This document shows, one piece after another, positions 10,427 through 20,921 of a DNA stretch of 64,000 nucleotides (position 1 is its first letter; the number at the start of each line of letters is the position of its first letter). The notes beneath the pieces were generated by a model. The model was not told where the DNA came from. It saw nothing but the letters and a program-made list of their open reading frames with translations, and searched no databases. The stretch is from contig CAVWVQ010000003.1 of assembly GCA_963758525.1 (NCBI GenBank), forward strand, positions 2,592,001 to 2,656,000. Direction: 5' to 3'. Origin of the DNA: an uncultured Phycisphaerales bacterium. GTDB taxonomy: Bacteria; Planctomycetota; Phycisphaerae; Tepidisphaerales; Tepidisphaeraceae. The translations under genes were made by a program, and so were the position numbers.

Positions 10427-10816
10427 ATGAGATCTCTGCTGCTGTTCTCCGTTTTGGCGATGGCTGGTTGCGGCGTGAACCCGCCGATCGAAGGCCGCGC
10501 CGATCCTTATGCTCCCGCGCAGGTACACTTCGACAGCGATGAGATTCGCCGCGACACCGCTATCGGGCAACCCGTCGTCACGCGCGACCAGTTTGGGCTG
10601 CTTCACGTGTCGCTCCCTGTCCGCTCGGCAGTCGATCTGCAACTTCACGTGCAATACCGCGTTTCGTTCTTCGATCAGAACCGCGGTCTTCTCGATCAGC
10701 AAAGCTGGATCGACAAAACACTGACTGCAAACACGCCGGATCAGATCGACGTCAACAGCGTCGACAAGCGTGCCGCGGATTTCCAGATCGACTTCCGATA
10801 TCCGCCGGGGTATTGA
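10427..10816 (+). CDS. YcfL/DUF1425 family lipoprotein
   Basis: Lipobox MAGC; LHVQYRVSFFDQNRGLL..W..AADFQIDFR. Confidence 0.7.
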   Translation: MRSLLLFSVLAMAGCGVNPPIEGRADPYAPAQVHFDSDEIRRDTAIGQPVVTRDQFGLLHVSLPVRSAVDLQLHVQYRVSFFDQNRGLLDQQSWIDKTLTANTPDQIDVNSVDKRAADFQIDFRYPPGY

Positions 10817-10936
10817 AGCCGTGCGGGAGCGCGAATTTCGGGCGAGAAAGAGACGAAGTGCGTTTGCACGGCCGGAACTGCAGGCTGGAAGCCTGCACCA
10901 CAATGGGCGGGAAGTTCGCGCACCCATAGCCCAGGC

Positions 10937-11962
10937 TCATACGGCCGATTCGATCTTGACCGATAGTTGCTGCAGCGCCAGCGCGACGTTGACATTGGCG
11001 TCGAGATATGTTTCGGACTGTGCGATCGCCTCGATCATGTCACACAGGGTATCACGCAGCTCGGCGTCTTCATCGCGGGCCAGGCGTTTTCGCAGGTGCT
11101 CGGCGGCGATCATCAAATACATGTTCAGCCCTTCGCGGGTGGCCTGCTCCTTGCTCGAAAGCTCGTCGCGCTCCAGTTGCCGGGCGGCATAATCTTCAGC
11201 CGCCTTGCGCAGCCAGCCGGGAAGATCGGATGGGGCTTCTCCGCGCAGCAGGGCATCCATCTGTTCGATCAGTTGCCCGGCCGGCTCGACGACGCCGTCC
11301 TCAATCCATTTCAGCGCCAGTCCGAGGGAGCCCTCAGCGAGCTTCGCCGCGCTGGCCGCGGTTTCCGGCGGGATCTTTCGTTTTGCCAGTTCGCGCAGCA
11401 CGGTTGCCCGATCCAGCGCCGCGAATCGCACCAGCCGCGCCCGGCTCCGGACCGTCGCCAGCAGCAGGGAGGGTTGATCCGTCAGCAGAATGATCAGCGT
11501 TCTTCCGGCGGGTTCCTCGAGTGTTTTGAGCAGGGCGTTCTGGGCCGCCGCGTTCATCACCTCGGCCTGCTCGATGATGAAGACCTTCCCGCGTCCCATC
11601 GCCGGCTTACGACACGCCGGCTCGATCAGCTCCGGGCGAATCACGTTGATCGACAATTCGATCCCCTTCGACTTACCGGTTTTGTCGTGATAGCGGATCA
11701 GCTCCTTGGCGATCACGTGAAAATCCGGATGGTTGCCCGCGGCAAAAATCCGGCAGCTCTCGCACTTGCCGCACGCGATGTCCCCCTTGGGCTGCTCGCA
11801 CAGAAAAAGCCGGGAGAGCACGCCCGCCGTCATCGCTTTCCCCACGCCGATCGGACCGCCAAAAATCAACCCGTGCGGCAGCCGATCCGCGGCATACGCC
11901 GATCGCAGCGCGTTCACGGCTTCGTCCTGCCCGAGGATGTCGGTCCAGGTGTGTTGATTCAT
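10937..11962 (-). CDS. holB: DNA polymerase III subunit delta'
   Basis: ILGQDEAV, HGLIFGGPIGVGK, CGKCESC..GNHPDF, AQNALLKTLEEP, TVRSR; follows tmk. Confidence 0.92.
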   Translation of the reverse strand: MNQHTWTDILGQDEAVNALRSAYAADRLPHGLIFGGPIGVGKAMTAGVLSRLFLCEQPKGDIACGKCESCRIFAAGNHPDFHVIAKELIRYHDKTGKSKGIELSINVIRPELIEPACRKPAMGRGKVFIIEQAEVMNAAAQNALLKTLEEPAGRTLIILLTDQPSLLLATVRSRARLVRFAALDRATVLRELAKRKIPPETAASAAKLAEGSLGLALKWIEDGVVEPAGQLIEQMDALLRGEAPSDLPGWLRKAAEDYAARQLERDELSSKEQATREGLNMYLMIAAEHLRKRLARDEDAELRDTLCDMIEAIAQSETYLDANVNVALALQQLSVKIESAV

Positions 11963-12587
11963 GGCAATTCGCCAATTACCTGCTTTACCGTCTCCCATAC
12001 CCGTGCGTGCACCTCTTCCACGGTCCCCTCCGCGCTGATCAGCCGGAACGATTCGGGCGACTCATTTACTTGCGCCAGATAGTTCTTCCGCACCTGCTCG
12101 TGGTACTCCAACGGCCGCTGCTCGATACGATCGCGCGCTCGTCGCACTCGTTCCAAGCTCGCGCCGTGCGGCATGTCGAGGATTAACGTTAGATCGGGCC
12201 AGCGCCCTTGAATCGCAACCTCCGCGACGCCGCGAATCTCGGCAGCGGTCAGTCCATCTCCGCCGAGCTGATAGGCCAGCGTGCTGGAGACAAAGCGGTC
12301 GCAAATCACCGTCTTCCCGGCGTCCAATGCCGGCAGGATCAGCTCTGCCATGAGCTGCGCCGCGCGGCCATGTAGAGGAGCATCTCGCAGCGCATCGACA
12401 TTTCCTGGCACTGCGGGTCGAGCAGGATGGAACGGACCTTTTCGCCGATCGGCGTCGTTCCCGGATCGCGCACCAGGATCGCGTCAACGCAGTGGCGAAC
12501 GAGCCGCGCGCGCAGCAACTGGCTCTGCGTGCTTTTCCCGCAACCTTCGTTCCCGTCGAAAACAATGAAACGCCCGGGCGTCGGCAT
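11959..12587 (-). CDS. tmk: dTMP kinase (frameshift near 12360)
   Basis: FIVFDGNEGCGKSTQ, RDPGTT, EMLLYMAAR joined to AQL..VICDRFVSSTLAYQ, PDLTLILD. Confidence 0.92.
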
Positions 12588-12670
12588 CGCAGGGAGTATA
12601 TCGTTCGATCGCGGCAAGTGGTCACTCGTATTTCTTGACCCCCCTTCCCTACACCCGTAGATTTCACCGC

Positions 12671-13840
12671 ATGGAAGCGGCCGTTTCCGAAATTCGCCAG
12701 GAGTTTGCCCGCGTTTTCGGCGAAGCGGGGCGCGTCTGGGTCATTCGTGCGCCGGGCCGCGTCAATCTCATCGGCGAACACACCGATTACAACGACGGCT
12801 TCGTTTTCCCGATGGCCATCGAGCCTGAGGTCCGCATCGCCTGCCGGGCCCGCGACGACGGGGTAGTCCGGCTGGCTTCCACCGTCTTTCCAAATCAGAT
12901 CGCGGAATTCAGCCTCGAGAAAAAAATCGAACCTGGCAACCCCGCCTGGGCCAACTACTCGCGCGGCGTCGCGGCGGAATTTCTGGCGGCGGGAATTCCG
13001 CTGCTGGGGATGGATGCGATGTTCGTCAACACGCTTCCCGTGGGCGGGGGCCTGTCGAGCAGCGCCGCCATTGAAGTGGGGACCGCTCGCGCGCTGCTCA
13101 CGCTGAGCGGCCGTGACATGGACGAGCGGCGTCTGGCGCTGCTCTGCCAGCGGGCCGAGCACAAATTCGCGAACGTGCCGTGCGGAATCATGGATCAGAC
13201 GATTGTCGCGTCGGGACGTGTGGGACACGCGATGCTGCTCGATTGCCGCGATCAGAGCCGGACGTTCGTACCGATCGACGGCAACGAACTGCGTGTCGTC
13301 ATCGTCAACAGCATGGTTCGCCACGAGCTGTCCGGCAGCGAATACGCCGATCGGAGCCGGCAATGTGAAGAGGGCGTCGCGTATTTCGCCAAAAGCGACG
13401 CGAACGTGCGCGCCCTGCGGGACGTGACGCTCGAGCAGTTGCATGCCGCCAGCGGCGCGCTCTCCGATGTGGTGTTCAGACGCTGCCGGCACATCATCAC
13501 CGAGAACACGCGAACGACGCTGGCCGCGGAGAAACTCAGACAGCGACATTACGAACAAGTTGGCGAGTTGATGGTGCAATCGCACAACTCGCTGCGCGAC
13601 GACTACGAAGTGAGTTGCGTCGAACTCGATTTTCTCGCCGCCGAGGCGGCTGGCGTGAAGGGCGTGTACGGCGCCCGCATGACCGGCGGTGGTTTTGGCG
13701 GCTGCATCGTCGCGCTGGCGCAGCCGCGCGCGGTGGAGCGTCTCTCGGAACATCTGAAGACGGTGTATCCTCCGAAGTTCGGAAAAACTCCCGGAATTTA
13801 TGTCACTACGGCGACCCAGGGCGCGAGCGTGATCGCTTAG
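12671..13840 (+). CDS. galK: Galactokinase
   Basis: APGRVNLIGEHTDYNDGFV, GGGLSSSAA, CGIMDQ, GARMTGGGFGGC. Confidence 0.96.
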   Translation: MEAAVSEIRQEFARVFGEAGRVWVIRAPGRVNLIGEHTDYNDGFVFPMAIEPEVRIACRARDDGVVRLASTVFPNQIAEFSLEKKIEPGNPAWANYSRGVAAEFLAAGIPLLGMDAMFVNTLPVGGGLSSSAAIEVGTARALLTLSGRDMDERRLALLCQRAEHKFANVPCGIMDQTIVASGRVGHAMLLDCRDQSRTFVPIDGNELRVVIVNSMVRHELSGSEYADRSRQCEEGVAYFAKSDANVRALRDVTLEQLHAASGALSDVVFRRCRHIITENTRTTLAAEKLRQRHYEQVGELMVQSHNSLRDDYEVSCVELDFLAAEAAGVKGVYGARMTGGGFGGCIVALAQPRAVERLSEHLKTVYPPKFGKTPGIYVTTATQGASVIA

Positions 13841-13862
13841 AAGCCGTTTCCGAACTCTTCGC

Positions 13863-13972
13863 TCAGGGTGTCAGGGTTCAGGGTTCAGGGTGTCAGGGTT
13901 CAGGGTGTCAGGGTTCAGGGTTCAGCAGATCAATTCCCCGCTGAACCCTGACACCCTGAACCCCGAACCCTG
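13863..13972. repeat. Tandem CAGGGTT/CAGGGTGT units followed by inverted copies (hairpin-forming)
   Basis: tcagggtgtcagggttcagggttcagggtg... then ctgaaccctgacaccctgaaccccgaaccctg. Confidence 0.85.
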
Positions 13973-14035
13973 GTCCGGGAGTACGACATCAGGGGTTTGA
14001 ACGGCCTCTTGGCGATCGCTCGCAGCGTAATTCTC

Positions 14036-15052
14036 ATGCCTCTCCTCCGCGACATTCTCCTCAAGCTCTGCCGCCGCGAAGATCTGACGCGTTCGGAGAC
14101 GCGGGAGGCATTTGCGCACATCATGGCGGGGGAGGCCAACGACGCGGAAATCGGCGGGCTGCTGGTCGGGCTGGCGGCCAAGGGAACCACCGTGGAGGAA
14201 CTCGTCGGCGCGGCATCGGTCATGCGCGACAACGCGATCTGCGTCGCCGGCGATCCCGACGGCGTGATCCTCGACACCTGCGGCACCGGCGGGGACGTGC
14301 GCGGGACCTTCAACATTTCCACCGCCGCCGCACTGATCGTTGCCGGGGCGGGCGTGCGCGTCGTGAAGCACGGCAACCGCTCCGCATCGAGCCGATCCGG
14401 ATCGGCGGACGTTCTGGAAAAGCTCGGCGTTCGCATCGACGCCTCTTCCGAGGCGCTGGCCCGCTGCCTGAAGGAAGCCAACATCTGCTTCGCGTTCGCC
14501 CGCGCGCATCACCCGGCCATGAAACATGTCTCCGCGGCCAGGGCCGCGCTGGCGATACCCACCATCTTCAACCTCCTTGGGCCGCTGACGAATCCCGCGC
14601 GCGCACGGCACCAGCTTCTGGGTGTCTTCGCGCCCGAACTGACCGAACGCATGGCCACCGTTCTGCGCGAGCTGGGAAGCGAGCGGGCATGGGTGGTGCA
14701 TGCTGACGATGGGCTGGACGAACTTTCCACGCTGGGACAAACGCGAGTCAGCGAGCTGGCCGCCGGCGAGGTCCGCACCTGGAAGCTGGATCCAAAGACG
14801 CTTGGCATTCCCTACGCGCGGCTTTCCGATCTCCAGGTGAACAGCGCGCGAGAGTCGGCTGACGTCATTCAAAAAATTCTCGCTGGAGCGAAGGGCGCGG
14901 CCCGCGATATTGCGGCGCTCAACGCCGCCGGAGCGCTGATGGTCGCGGGAGCCGCTCCCGATTTATCCACGGCAATGTTCCACGCGCAAACTGCGATCGA
15001 TGACGGCTCTGCGAAGCGTGCGCTGGAATCCCTGGCGCGTTTTTCTCAGTGA
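14036..15052 (+). CDS. trpD: Anthranilate phosphoribosyltransferase
   Basis: DTCGTGGD, FNIST, KHGNRSASSRSGSADVLE, TIFNLLGPLTNP, DGLDE. Confidence 0.96.
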   Translation: MPLLRDILLKLCRREDLTRSETREAFAHIMAGEANDAEIGGLLVGLAAKGTTVEELVGAASVMRDNAICVAGDPDGVILDTCGTGGDVRGTFNISTAAALIVAGAGVRVVKHGNRSASSRSGSADVLEKLGVRIDASSEALARCLKEANICFAFARAHHPAMKHVSAARAALAIPTIFNLLGPLTNPARARHQLLGVFAPELTERMATVLRELGSERAWVVHADDGLDELSTLGQTRVSELAAGEVRTWKLDPKTLGIPYARLSDLQVNSARESADVIQKILAGAKGAARDIAALNAAGALMVAGAAPDLSTAMFHAQTAIDDGSAKRALESLARFSQ

Positions 15053-15220
15053 ATGCGCGGGCTCTGCGGAATTCGCGTTTTCGCGCAATTGAACCGCGCA
15101 CCTTGCATGGGCAGGATGTCCATGCCACAGGGGCGCGATTCACTGGCTTGCCCTTCGCGGGAAAAAAGTCTGTTCAGCGCCGGTCCGGTGAGACAGGTGC
15201 GACATTTCGAGAACCTCACA

Positions 15221-16113
15221 ATGCCCGGCGAATTTGATTTCATCCAGTGGATCAGAACCCGGTCGCCTGCGACGGCGGTCGTGCAGATCCCCCCTGGCGA
15301 CGATCTGGCGGCGCTCAAATGGGACCCGTCCGACCTGCTGCTCGTCGGCGTTGATCAGGTTCTCGACGGCGTCCATTTCGACTCGGCGGTTCATTCTCCG
15401 CGCAACATCGGTCACAAGGCAATGAATCGCAATCTTTCCGATTGCGCCGCGATGGCCTGCCTCCCGGTTGCCGCGCTGGCGTCGGTCGCGCTGCCTGGAG
15501 GCGCGGGCGTCGAATACGCAAAGGAACTCTACGGAGGTCTTCGCGCGGCTGCCGACCCGTTTGATTGCGCCATCGTCGGGGGGGACACCGGCGCCTGGGC
15601 CGGTAAGCTCGCGCTGAGCGTGACGATTCTGGGCGCAGCGCCGGGATCGCGCCGACAACGCGCAGCGGCGCCAAGCCTGGAGACACGCTCTACGTCACCG
15701 GCCCCCTGGGCGGCAGCATCCGCGGCCGGCACATGCGCTTCGTGCCGCGCGTCTACCTGGCGCGGGAGCTGGCCTCGCACGGGCGCATCACCGCCATGAT
15801 CGATTTGAGCGACGGATTGGCGCGCGATCTGGGGCACATCTGCCGCGAGAGCGGCGCGGGCGCGATCGTTGATGCCGATCGAGTGCCTATTCACAACGAC
15901 GCTCTGGAATTATCACAGGCCGATCGGGTCGATCCGCTCGCGCATGCCATTGGCGACGGCGAGGATTATGAGCTGCTTCTGACCAGCGCCGACGATCTTT
16001 CAAGGTATGGCGCGATACCGATCGGACGGATGATTGCAGGGCGCGAAATACTGATACGAACCGAGGCGGGGGTGAAGCCGCTCGCAACCGGCGGATGGGA
16101 GCACACGCTGTGA
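15221..16113 (+). CDS. thiL: Thiamine-monophosphate kinase (frameshift near 15635)
   Basis: GEFDFIQWI, PGDDLA, NLSDCAAM, IVGGDT, then AMIDLSDGLARDL, GEDYELL, GWEH. Confidence 0.92.
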
Positions 16114-16541
16114 CACCCGCGGTGGAAGAAACGATTACCGCGAACGTCGGCGAGACCGAGGCGCTCGCCGCCCGATTCGCACAGACGCTTCGCGGCGGCG
16201 ACTGCGTCGCCTTGCACGGGGAGATGGGCGCGGGCAAAACGCAATTCGTTCGCGGCCTGGTCCGCGGGATCGGTGCGAATCCCGCCGCGGTCAGCAGTCC
16301 GACATTTGTTCTGCTTCATGTTTACGATGGCGGGCGGCTGACGATTTACCATCTCGATGCGTACCGCGTTGCCGGCCCGGAGGACTTTGAGACGATCGGC
16401 TTTGCCGAACTGCTGGAGCAGGGGGGTATTGTGGTGGTCGAATGGGCGAAACGAGTGGAATCGCTGCTGCCGTCAGGGACCGTCAGTGTCAGGATTGAGT
16501 CGATCGGCGAATACGAACGTCACATCGAAATTCGTCGCTGA
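16110..16541 (+). CDS. tsaE: tRNA threonylcarbamoyladenosine biosynthesis ATPase
   Basis: LHGEMGAGKTQFVRG, VSSPTF, YHLDAYR, VVEWA. Confidence 0.95.
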   Translation: MTPAVEETITANVGETEALAARFAQTLRGGDCVALHGEMGAGKTQFVRGLVRGIGANPAAVSSPTFVLLHVYDGGRLTIYHLDAYRVAGPEDFETIGFAELLEQGGIVVVEWAKRVESLLPSGTVSVRIESIGEYERHIEIRR

Positions 16542-16710
16542 AGCGGCCGCTTTTTCAAACGTGTCCGCTGAAATGTGCGCGTTCTGCTAACACGCGATCA
16601 TTGGCCGGTAAAACCCCCGGCTTCATCAATAAAAACCATCTTTTGGGGTGGTATCGAGCACAGCCATGGCATAAGATGCCGCGCCAACCCGAACTCCTTA
16701 CGGAGCGGAT

Positions 16711-17055
16711 ATGCGTTGTAACTACTGCCAGAGCAATGATTTTCGTTACTCAGCCTTCAAGCCGGAAGACTTTTTTCTGCTGCTCGTGCTGATTCGGCCT
16801 TTCCGTTGCAAGGAGTGCGAAGAACGCACCTATCGCTTCGTTGGAGCGCTCGTTCTCAGCCAAATCGCACGCCGGCTGGGCCTCGACGACTACTTTTCGC
16901 GAGCCATGGACCTCGCCCAGCAGCAAGCGATCAAGTTCCGCGAGTTCACCACGTGGCGCAGTTCGCCACCGAGATTGCAGGAACGGGCTATAATGCCTGC
17001 ATTCTCGCCAAGCGAAGATGATGAAGCCACCATGGACGACTCGCTCTCGAATTGA
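16711..17055 (+). CDS. Hypothetical Zn-ribbon protein
   Basis: GGAG RBS; CNYC...RPFRCKEC. Confidence 0.55.
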   Translation: MRCNYCQSNDFRYSAFKPEDFFLLLVLIRPFRCKECEERTYRFVGALVLSQIARRLGLDDYFSRAMDLAQQQAIKFREFTTWRSSPPRLQERAIMPAFSPSEDDEATMDDSLSN

Positions 17056-17851
17056 AGCCGCCCTGGCGTGCTATCGGCAGTGCTCTCTGTGCGAACATCG
17101 CTGCAACGTGGATCGGACCGTCTCGCCCGCCGGATTTTGCAAAGCGCGCGACAACGCCAACGTATTTCGGCATCGCATCGAATACGGCGAAGAGCTGGAG
17201 CTGATCCCGTCCCATCTGTTTTATCTTTCGGGGTGCGATCTGCGCTGCGGCTTCTGCATCGCGGGCATCAACGCGTTTGATCCTTCCCGAGGAACCAGGC
17301 TGACGAGCAGCTTTTTCAATGACACTATTTCTTGGGGACTCGATCGGGGGGCGCACAATATCCAGTGGGTAGGCGGCGAGCCGACTATCCACGTGCCGGC
17401 CATTCTCGACGTGATGTCCCGCTGCTCGAACTTGCCGCCCGTTGTCTGGAAATCTGATTTCTATGGTACGCCCGAGGTTTTCGAATTGCTGGATGGTGCC
17501 GTCAACGTCTACGTTGCCGACTTCAAATTCGGCAACGACCGATGCGCTCGGCGGATTGCGGGGATCGACAACTACGTTTCAGTGGTCACTCGAAATCTGA
17601 AGATTGCAGCAAGTCAGTCCAAATTGATCATCCGCCATTTACTGCTGCCCGGCCATGGTGAGTGTTGCTATCGTCCGATTGTGAATTGGCTGCGCGACAA
17701 CATGCCATCCGCGCGATTCAGCCTGCGCGACAGCTATTTGCCCAGTTGGCGGTCGGCGCAATTTGAAGACCTCGCGCATCCCTTGAACCCGCAACAGGGC
17801 CGAGACGCCCTAGACCTGGCCAATCGGATGGGGCTCACGGTGATCCAATGA
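17018..17851 (+). CDS. PflX-like radical SAM protein (start uncertain)
   Basis: CSLCEHRCNVDR..GFC, GEELEL, CxxxCxxC (GCDLRCGFC), WVGGEPT, YVADFKFGN, IIRHLLLPGH. Confidence 0.85.
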   Translation: MMKPPWTTRSRIEAALACYRQCSLCEHRCNVDRTVSPAGFCKARDNANVFRHRIEYGEELELIPSHLFYLSGCDLRCGFCIAGINAFDPSRGTRLTSSFFNDTISWGLDRGAHNIQWVGGEPTIHVPAILDVMSRCSNLPPVVWKSDFYGTPEVFELLDGAVNVYVADFKFGNDRCARRIAGIDNYVSVVTRNLKIAASQSKLIIRHLLLPGHGECCYRPIVNWLRDNMPSARFSLRDSYLPSWRSAQFEDLAHPLNPQQGRDALDLANRMGLTVIQ

Positions 17852-18051
17852 CCAACCGCGAAGATGCAATCGAGGACGAAACCACGATGACGGAAATTAC
17901 CATTCAGCCGGATGGACGTGTTTACATATTTGGGACATCCCGCCAGGTTCTGGATATTCTGGCGGACCTGGATCCGCTCTCGCCAAAACTGCAACTGCTG
18001 CTGAATGAAGTCAAACGCCAGGAAAAGATCGACACAACTGCGAGGCTCTGA
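17848..18051 (+). CDS. Small hypothetical protein
   Basis: ATGA overlap with the radical SAM gene; EITIQPDGRVYIFGTSRQVL. Confidence 0.6.
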   Translation: MTNREDAIEDETTMTEITIQPDGRVYIFGTSRQVLDILADLDPLSPKLQLLLNEVKRQEKIDTTARL

Positions 18052-18085
18052 ATTGAGACAGCAACGTTTCACCGATTCCTCTGAT

Positions 18086-18215
18086 CCCCTCCCCTGGCAC
18101 TCCGGGGGAGGGCCAGGGTGGGGGCCCGATCCGCGGAAGTCGATCGCCACTGAACGGAAATTCGAACACGCCCTGCCCTCACCCCAGCCCTCCCCCGGAG
18201 CACCGGGGGAGGGGG
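18086..18215. repeat. REP-like inverted pair, same family as 7726-7838
   Basis: cccctcccctggcactccgggggagggccagggtggggg ... ccctcaccccagccctcccccggagcaccgggggagggg. Confidence 0.8.
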
Positions 18216-18230
18216 AAAGCCACTCTTAAA

Positions 18231-19918
18231 GTGTCACGGATTCAACCCGCAGCTCAGCCCCTGCCCGCCGCCGCAACTGCATCGCCGACGGTTCCACAAC
18301 CGCCTGCCGCGCCGGGCTCTGAAATGATCGCTGCCGCGGGCAAGCGATTGGTCGATTGTCTTCGCCCCGAAGACGAGCTTGAGGTTCTGATCCGTGCCCG
18401 GTATCCGATCATCTACGTCCTCACCTGGGAAGAAGAGCGGGTGGAAAAAGTGCTGGCGGAAATCGCCGCCGCGCGCAGCAAGAAATTCCACGTCTGGTCT
18501 TACACCCAGGGAATCGTCAAGTACGGCGCCGAGCCGCAGCGCGCCAAATCCGGTACGGGCAGCACCACCGATCCGCTGTCGGCCCTGGACGCGGTGTTGC
18601 AGCACGTCGAGCCCGCGATTTATCTCTTCAAGGATTTTCATCCGTTCACCGAAGAGAACCGCGCTAATCTGGCCGTGATCCGGCGGCTGAAGGACGTCGC
18701 ATATCATCTGCGCGACACCTACAAGACGATTGTGATCGTCGCGCCGGTGATGCGAATCGCTCCCGAGCTGGACAAGGACATCACCGTGGTGCAGTTCCTG
18801 CCGCCGGATGTGAATGACTTCAGCAAGCTGCTCGATCGGATCATCGAGGATTTGAAGGACAAGCCGCAGATCAAGATCAATCTCGACGCCGCCGGCCGCG
18901 AGCGGCTGGTGCACGCGGCGCTGGGCCTGACGCTCAAGGAGGCAGAAAACGTCTTCGCCAAAACGCTGGTTCTGGAAGGCACGATCGACACGGAGGACAT
19001 CAGCATCGTCTTTAGTGAAAAGCAGCAGATCATCCGCAAGAGCGGCCTGCTCGAGTATTTCGCCAGCGACGAGCAGTTCTCCCATGTCGCGGGGATGGAC
19101 AATCTCAAGCAGTGGCTCGTGAAGCGCAGCAGCGCCTTTACCGAGCGCGCCGCCAAGTTCGGTCTTCCCTCGCCTCGCGGGCTTCTGCTGCTGGGCGTGC
19201 AGGGGTGTGGAAAGAGCCTTTGCGCAAAAGCGGTGGCAAGTCTTTGGAAGTTGCCGTTGTTGCGATTCGACGTCGGCCGCATGTTTGGGAGCCTGGTGGG
19301 CTCCAGCGAAGACAATATTCGCCGTGCCATTCAGACTGCCGAGAGCGTCGCTCCCGCCATTCTCTGGGTGGACGAGATCGACAAGGCCTTTGCCGGGTCC
19401 GTCGGCTCCGGCGGAAGCGACGGAGGCACTGCCGCCCGCGTGTTCGGCACGTTCCTCACCTGGCTGTCAGACAAAACCGCGCCGGTCTTCGTCATCGCGA
19501 CGGCCAATGACATCAGCCAGTTGCCGCCCGAATTGCTCCGCAAAGGCAGGCTCGACGAAATATTCTTCGTCGATCTCCCCAACGCGCCGGAGCGGCGGGC
19601 CGTCTTTTCGATTCATCTGCAAAAGCGCGGACGCGCGCCGGAAAACTTCGATCTCGATACGCTCGTGCAGCGTTGCGACGGCTTCAGCGGCGCTGAGATC
19701 GAGCAGGCGATCGTGTCGGGTTTGTTCGACGCATTTGACGCGGGGCACGAGCTCGACACCGCCACGCTGCTGGTCAGTCTGGAGGAGACCGTTCCCCTCT
19801 CCAAGACAATGAGCGAAGATCTCAATCGACTGCGCACCTGGGCGCAGGGCCGGGCGCGCCCGCTTCGGGCGCCATTGCGTCCGCGGCGCCCGCAGCGCGC
19901 CGGAAGATCGAACTGTGA
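18231..19918 (+). CDS. Ycf46-like AAA+ ATPase (frameshift near 19860; true end ...RRKIEL*)
   Basis: [67 protein letters not shown]. Confidence 0.88.
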
Positions 19919-19943
19919 AGATGGAATTTCACCGGAGGCATCC

Positions 19944-20411
19944 ATGAGTTCCTGCATCATCGTGACCCCGTTGATCATTGCCGGCTGGCCTGTCATTTCC
20001 GCCGCGGTGACTGCCGCAGTGGGAAGCCTGGGATACAGCATCGTCGTTGCGCCTTCGACCGCGGCCCTTGCCGCCTCGAAGCTCAAAACCCTCAATCGCG
20101 CGGAAATCGATCTTGAGGACAGCGAAGTGCTTCAGGAGACCGGATCAACAGGCGGCCAGATCGTTGTCGAACGGGCCGGCATTCGGGCCGTCTTCACGCG
20201 CGACGCTCGCGGCGCGCTGAAGCTGTGCGTTGAAGGCGAAGGGCATTCCAAGTCTGACTTGAAAAAAATCGGCGAAGAGCTCATCGGCCGGGTGACGCAG
20301 CAATATGCCTATCACAAGATCGTCTCCGAGCTGCAAAACCGCCACATGTCGATCGTGGACGAAGAGGTGACCGCCGACCGGACTGTGAAAATCCGCGTCC
20401 GCAATTTGTAG
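19944..20411 (+). CDS. DUF1257/Ycf35-like protein
   Basis: GGAGG RBS then ATG; C-terminal LIGRVTQQYAYHKIVSEL..IVDEEV..TVKIRVR. Confidence 0.75.
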   Translation: MSSCIIVTPLIIAGWPVISAAVTAAVGSLGYSIVVAPSTAALAASKLKTLNRAEIDLEDSEVLQETGSTGGQIVVERAGIRAVFTRDARGALKLCVEGEGHSKSDLKKIGEELIGRVTQQYAYHKIVSELQNRHMSIVDEEVTADRTVKIRVRNL

Positions 20412-20420
20412 AGGAATGCC

Positions 20421-20630
20421 ATGGCTCAGGAAGAACTCGAGATCGAAATCGCACCGGATGGGAAAGTGACTGTCACAACGAAAGGGATTAAGGGCCCCGC
20501 CTGCATGGACTACGCGGATCTGATCGCCCAGATCGTCGGCCGCGAGGAAAGCCGAGTGAAGACCGCCGAGTACTATGAGGAAGCCGAGCAGACCGAGCGC
20601 CGCGTCGATATCAAGCAACGGCGAGGATGA
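20421..20630 (+). CDS. DUF2997 family protein
   Basis: LEIEIAPDGKVTVTTKGIKGPAC..KTAEYY. Confidence 0.85.
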   Translation: MAQEELEIEIAPDGKVTVTTKGIKGPACMDYADLIAQIVGREESRVKTAEYYEEAEQTERRVDIKQRRG

Positions 20631-20921
20631 TGGATCACCGTCCGACGCTATCACAATCTTCCGTCCATGGTCAGATCTGGAATAGATCGTCGTTCAATAT
20701 CCCCCGCGCGTTTTCCCCTCCCCTAATACGCCGGAGAAGGGTCATTGTCGCCCGATGTTTCACCTGGAGGTGCAGGTGACGCGGTGGTGAGGTCATCCAA
20801 CTGTCCCTAGGAATTTGTCGCGTTGGTTGAAGCCTTCTGAGGTACTCGCAAACAACCGCCCAGCCCCAACCCACCCCTCCCCGCGAGTACCAAGGGAGGG
20901 AGAAGAGCCGGACCGCCTCCC

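Noticed and set aside
13863..13972. Repeat array as CRISPR or telomere-like repeat
   Set aside because: Units are 7-8 bp with no unique spacers and no cas genes; it is an intergenic tandem/inverted repeat
18231..20411. 726-aa AAA-DUF1257 fusion in the ORF track
   Set aside because: A one-base shift near 19860 restores a natural end (RRKIEL*, 19918), and DUF1257 has its own GGAGG RBS and ATG at 19944; likely an indel artefact
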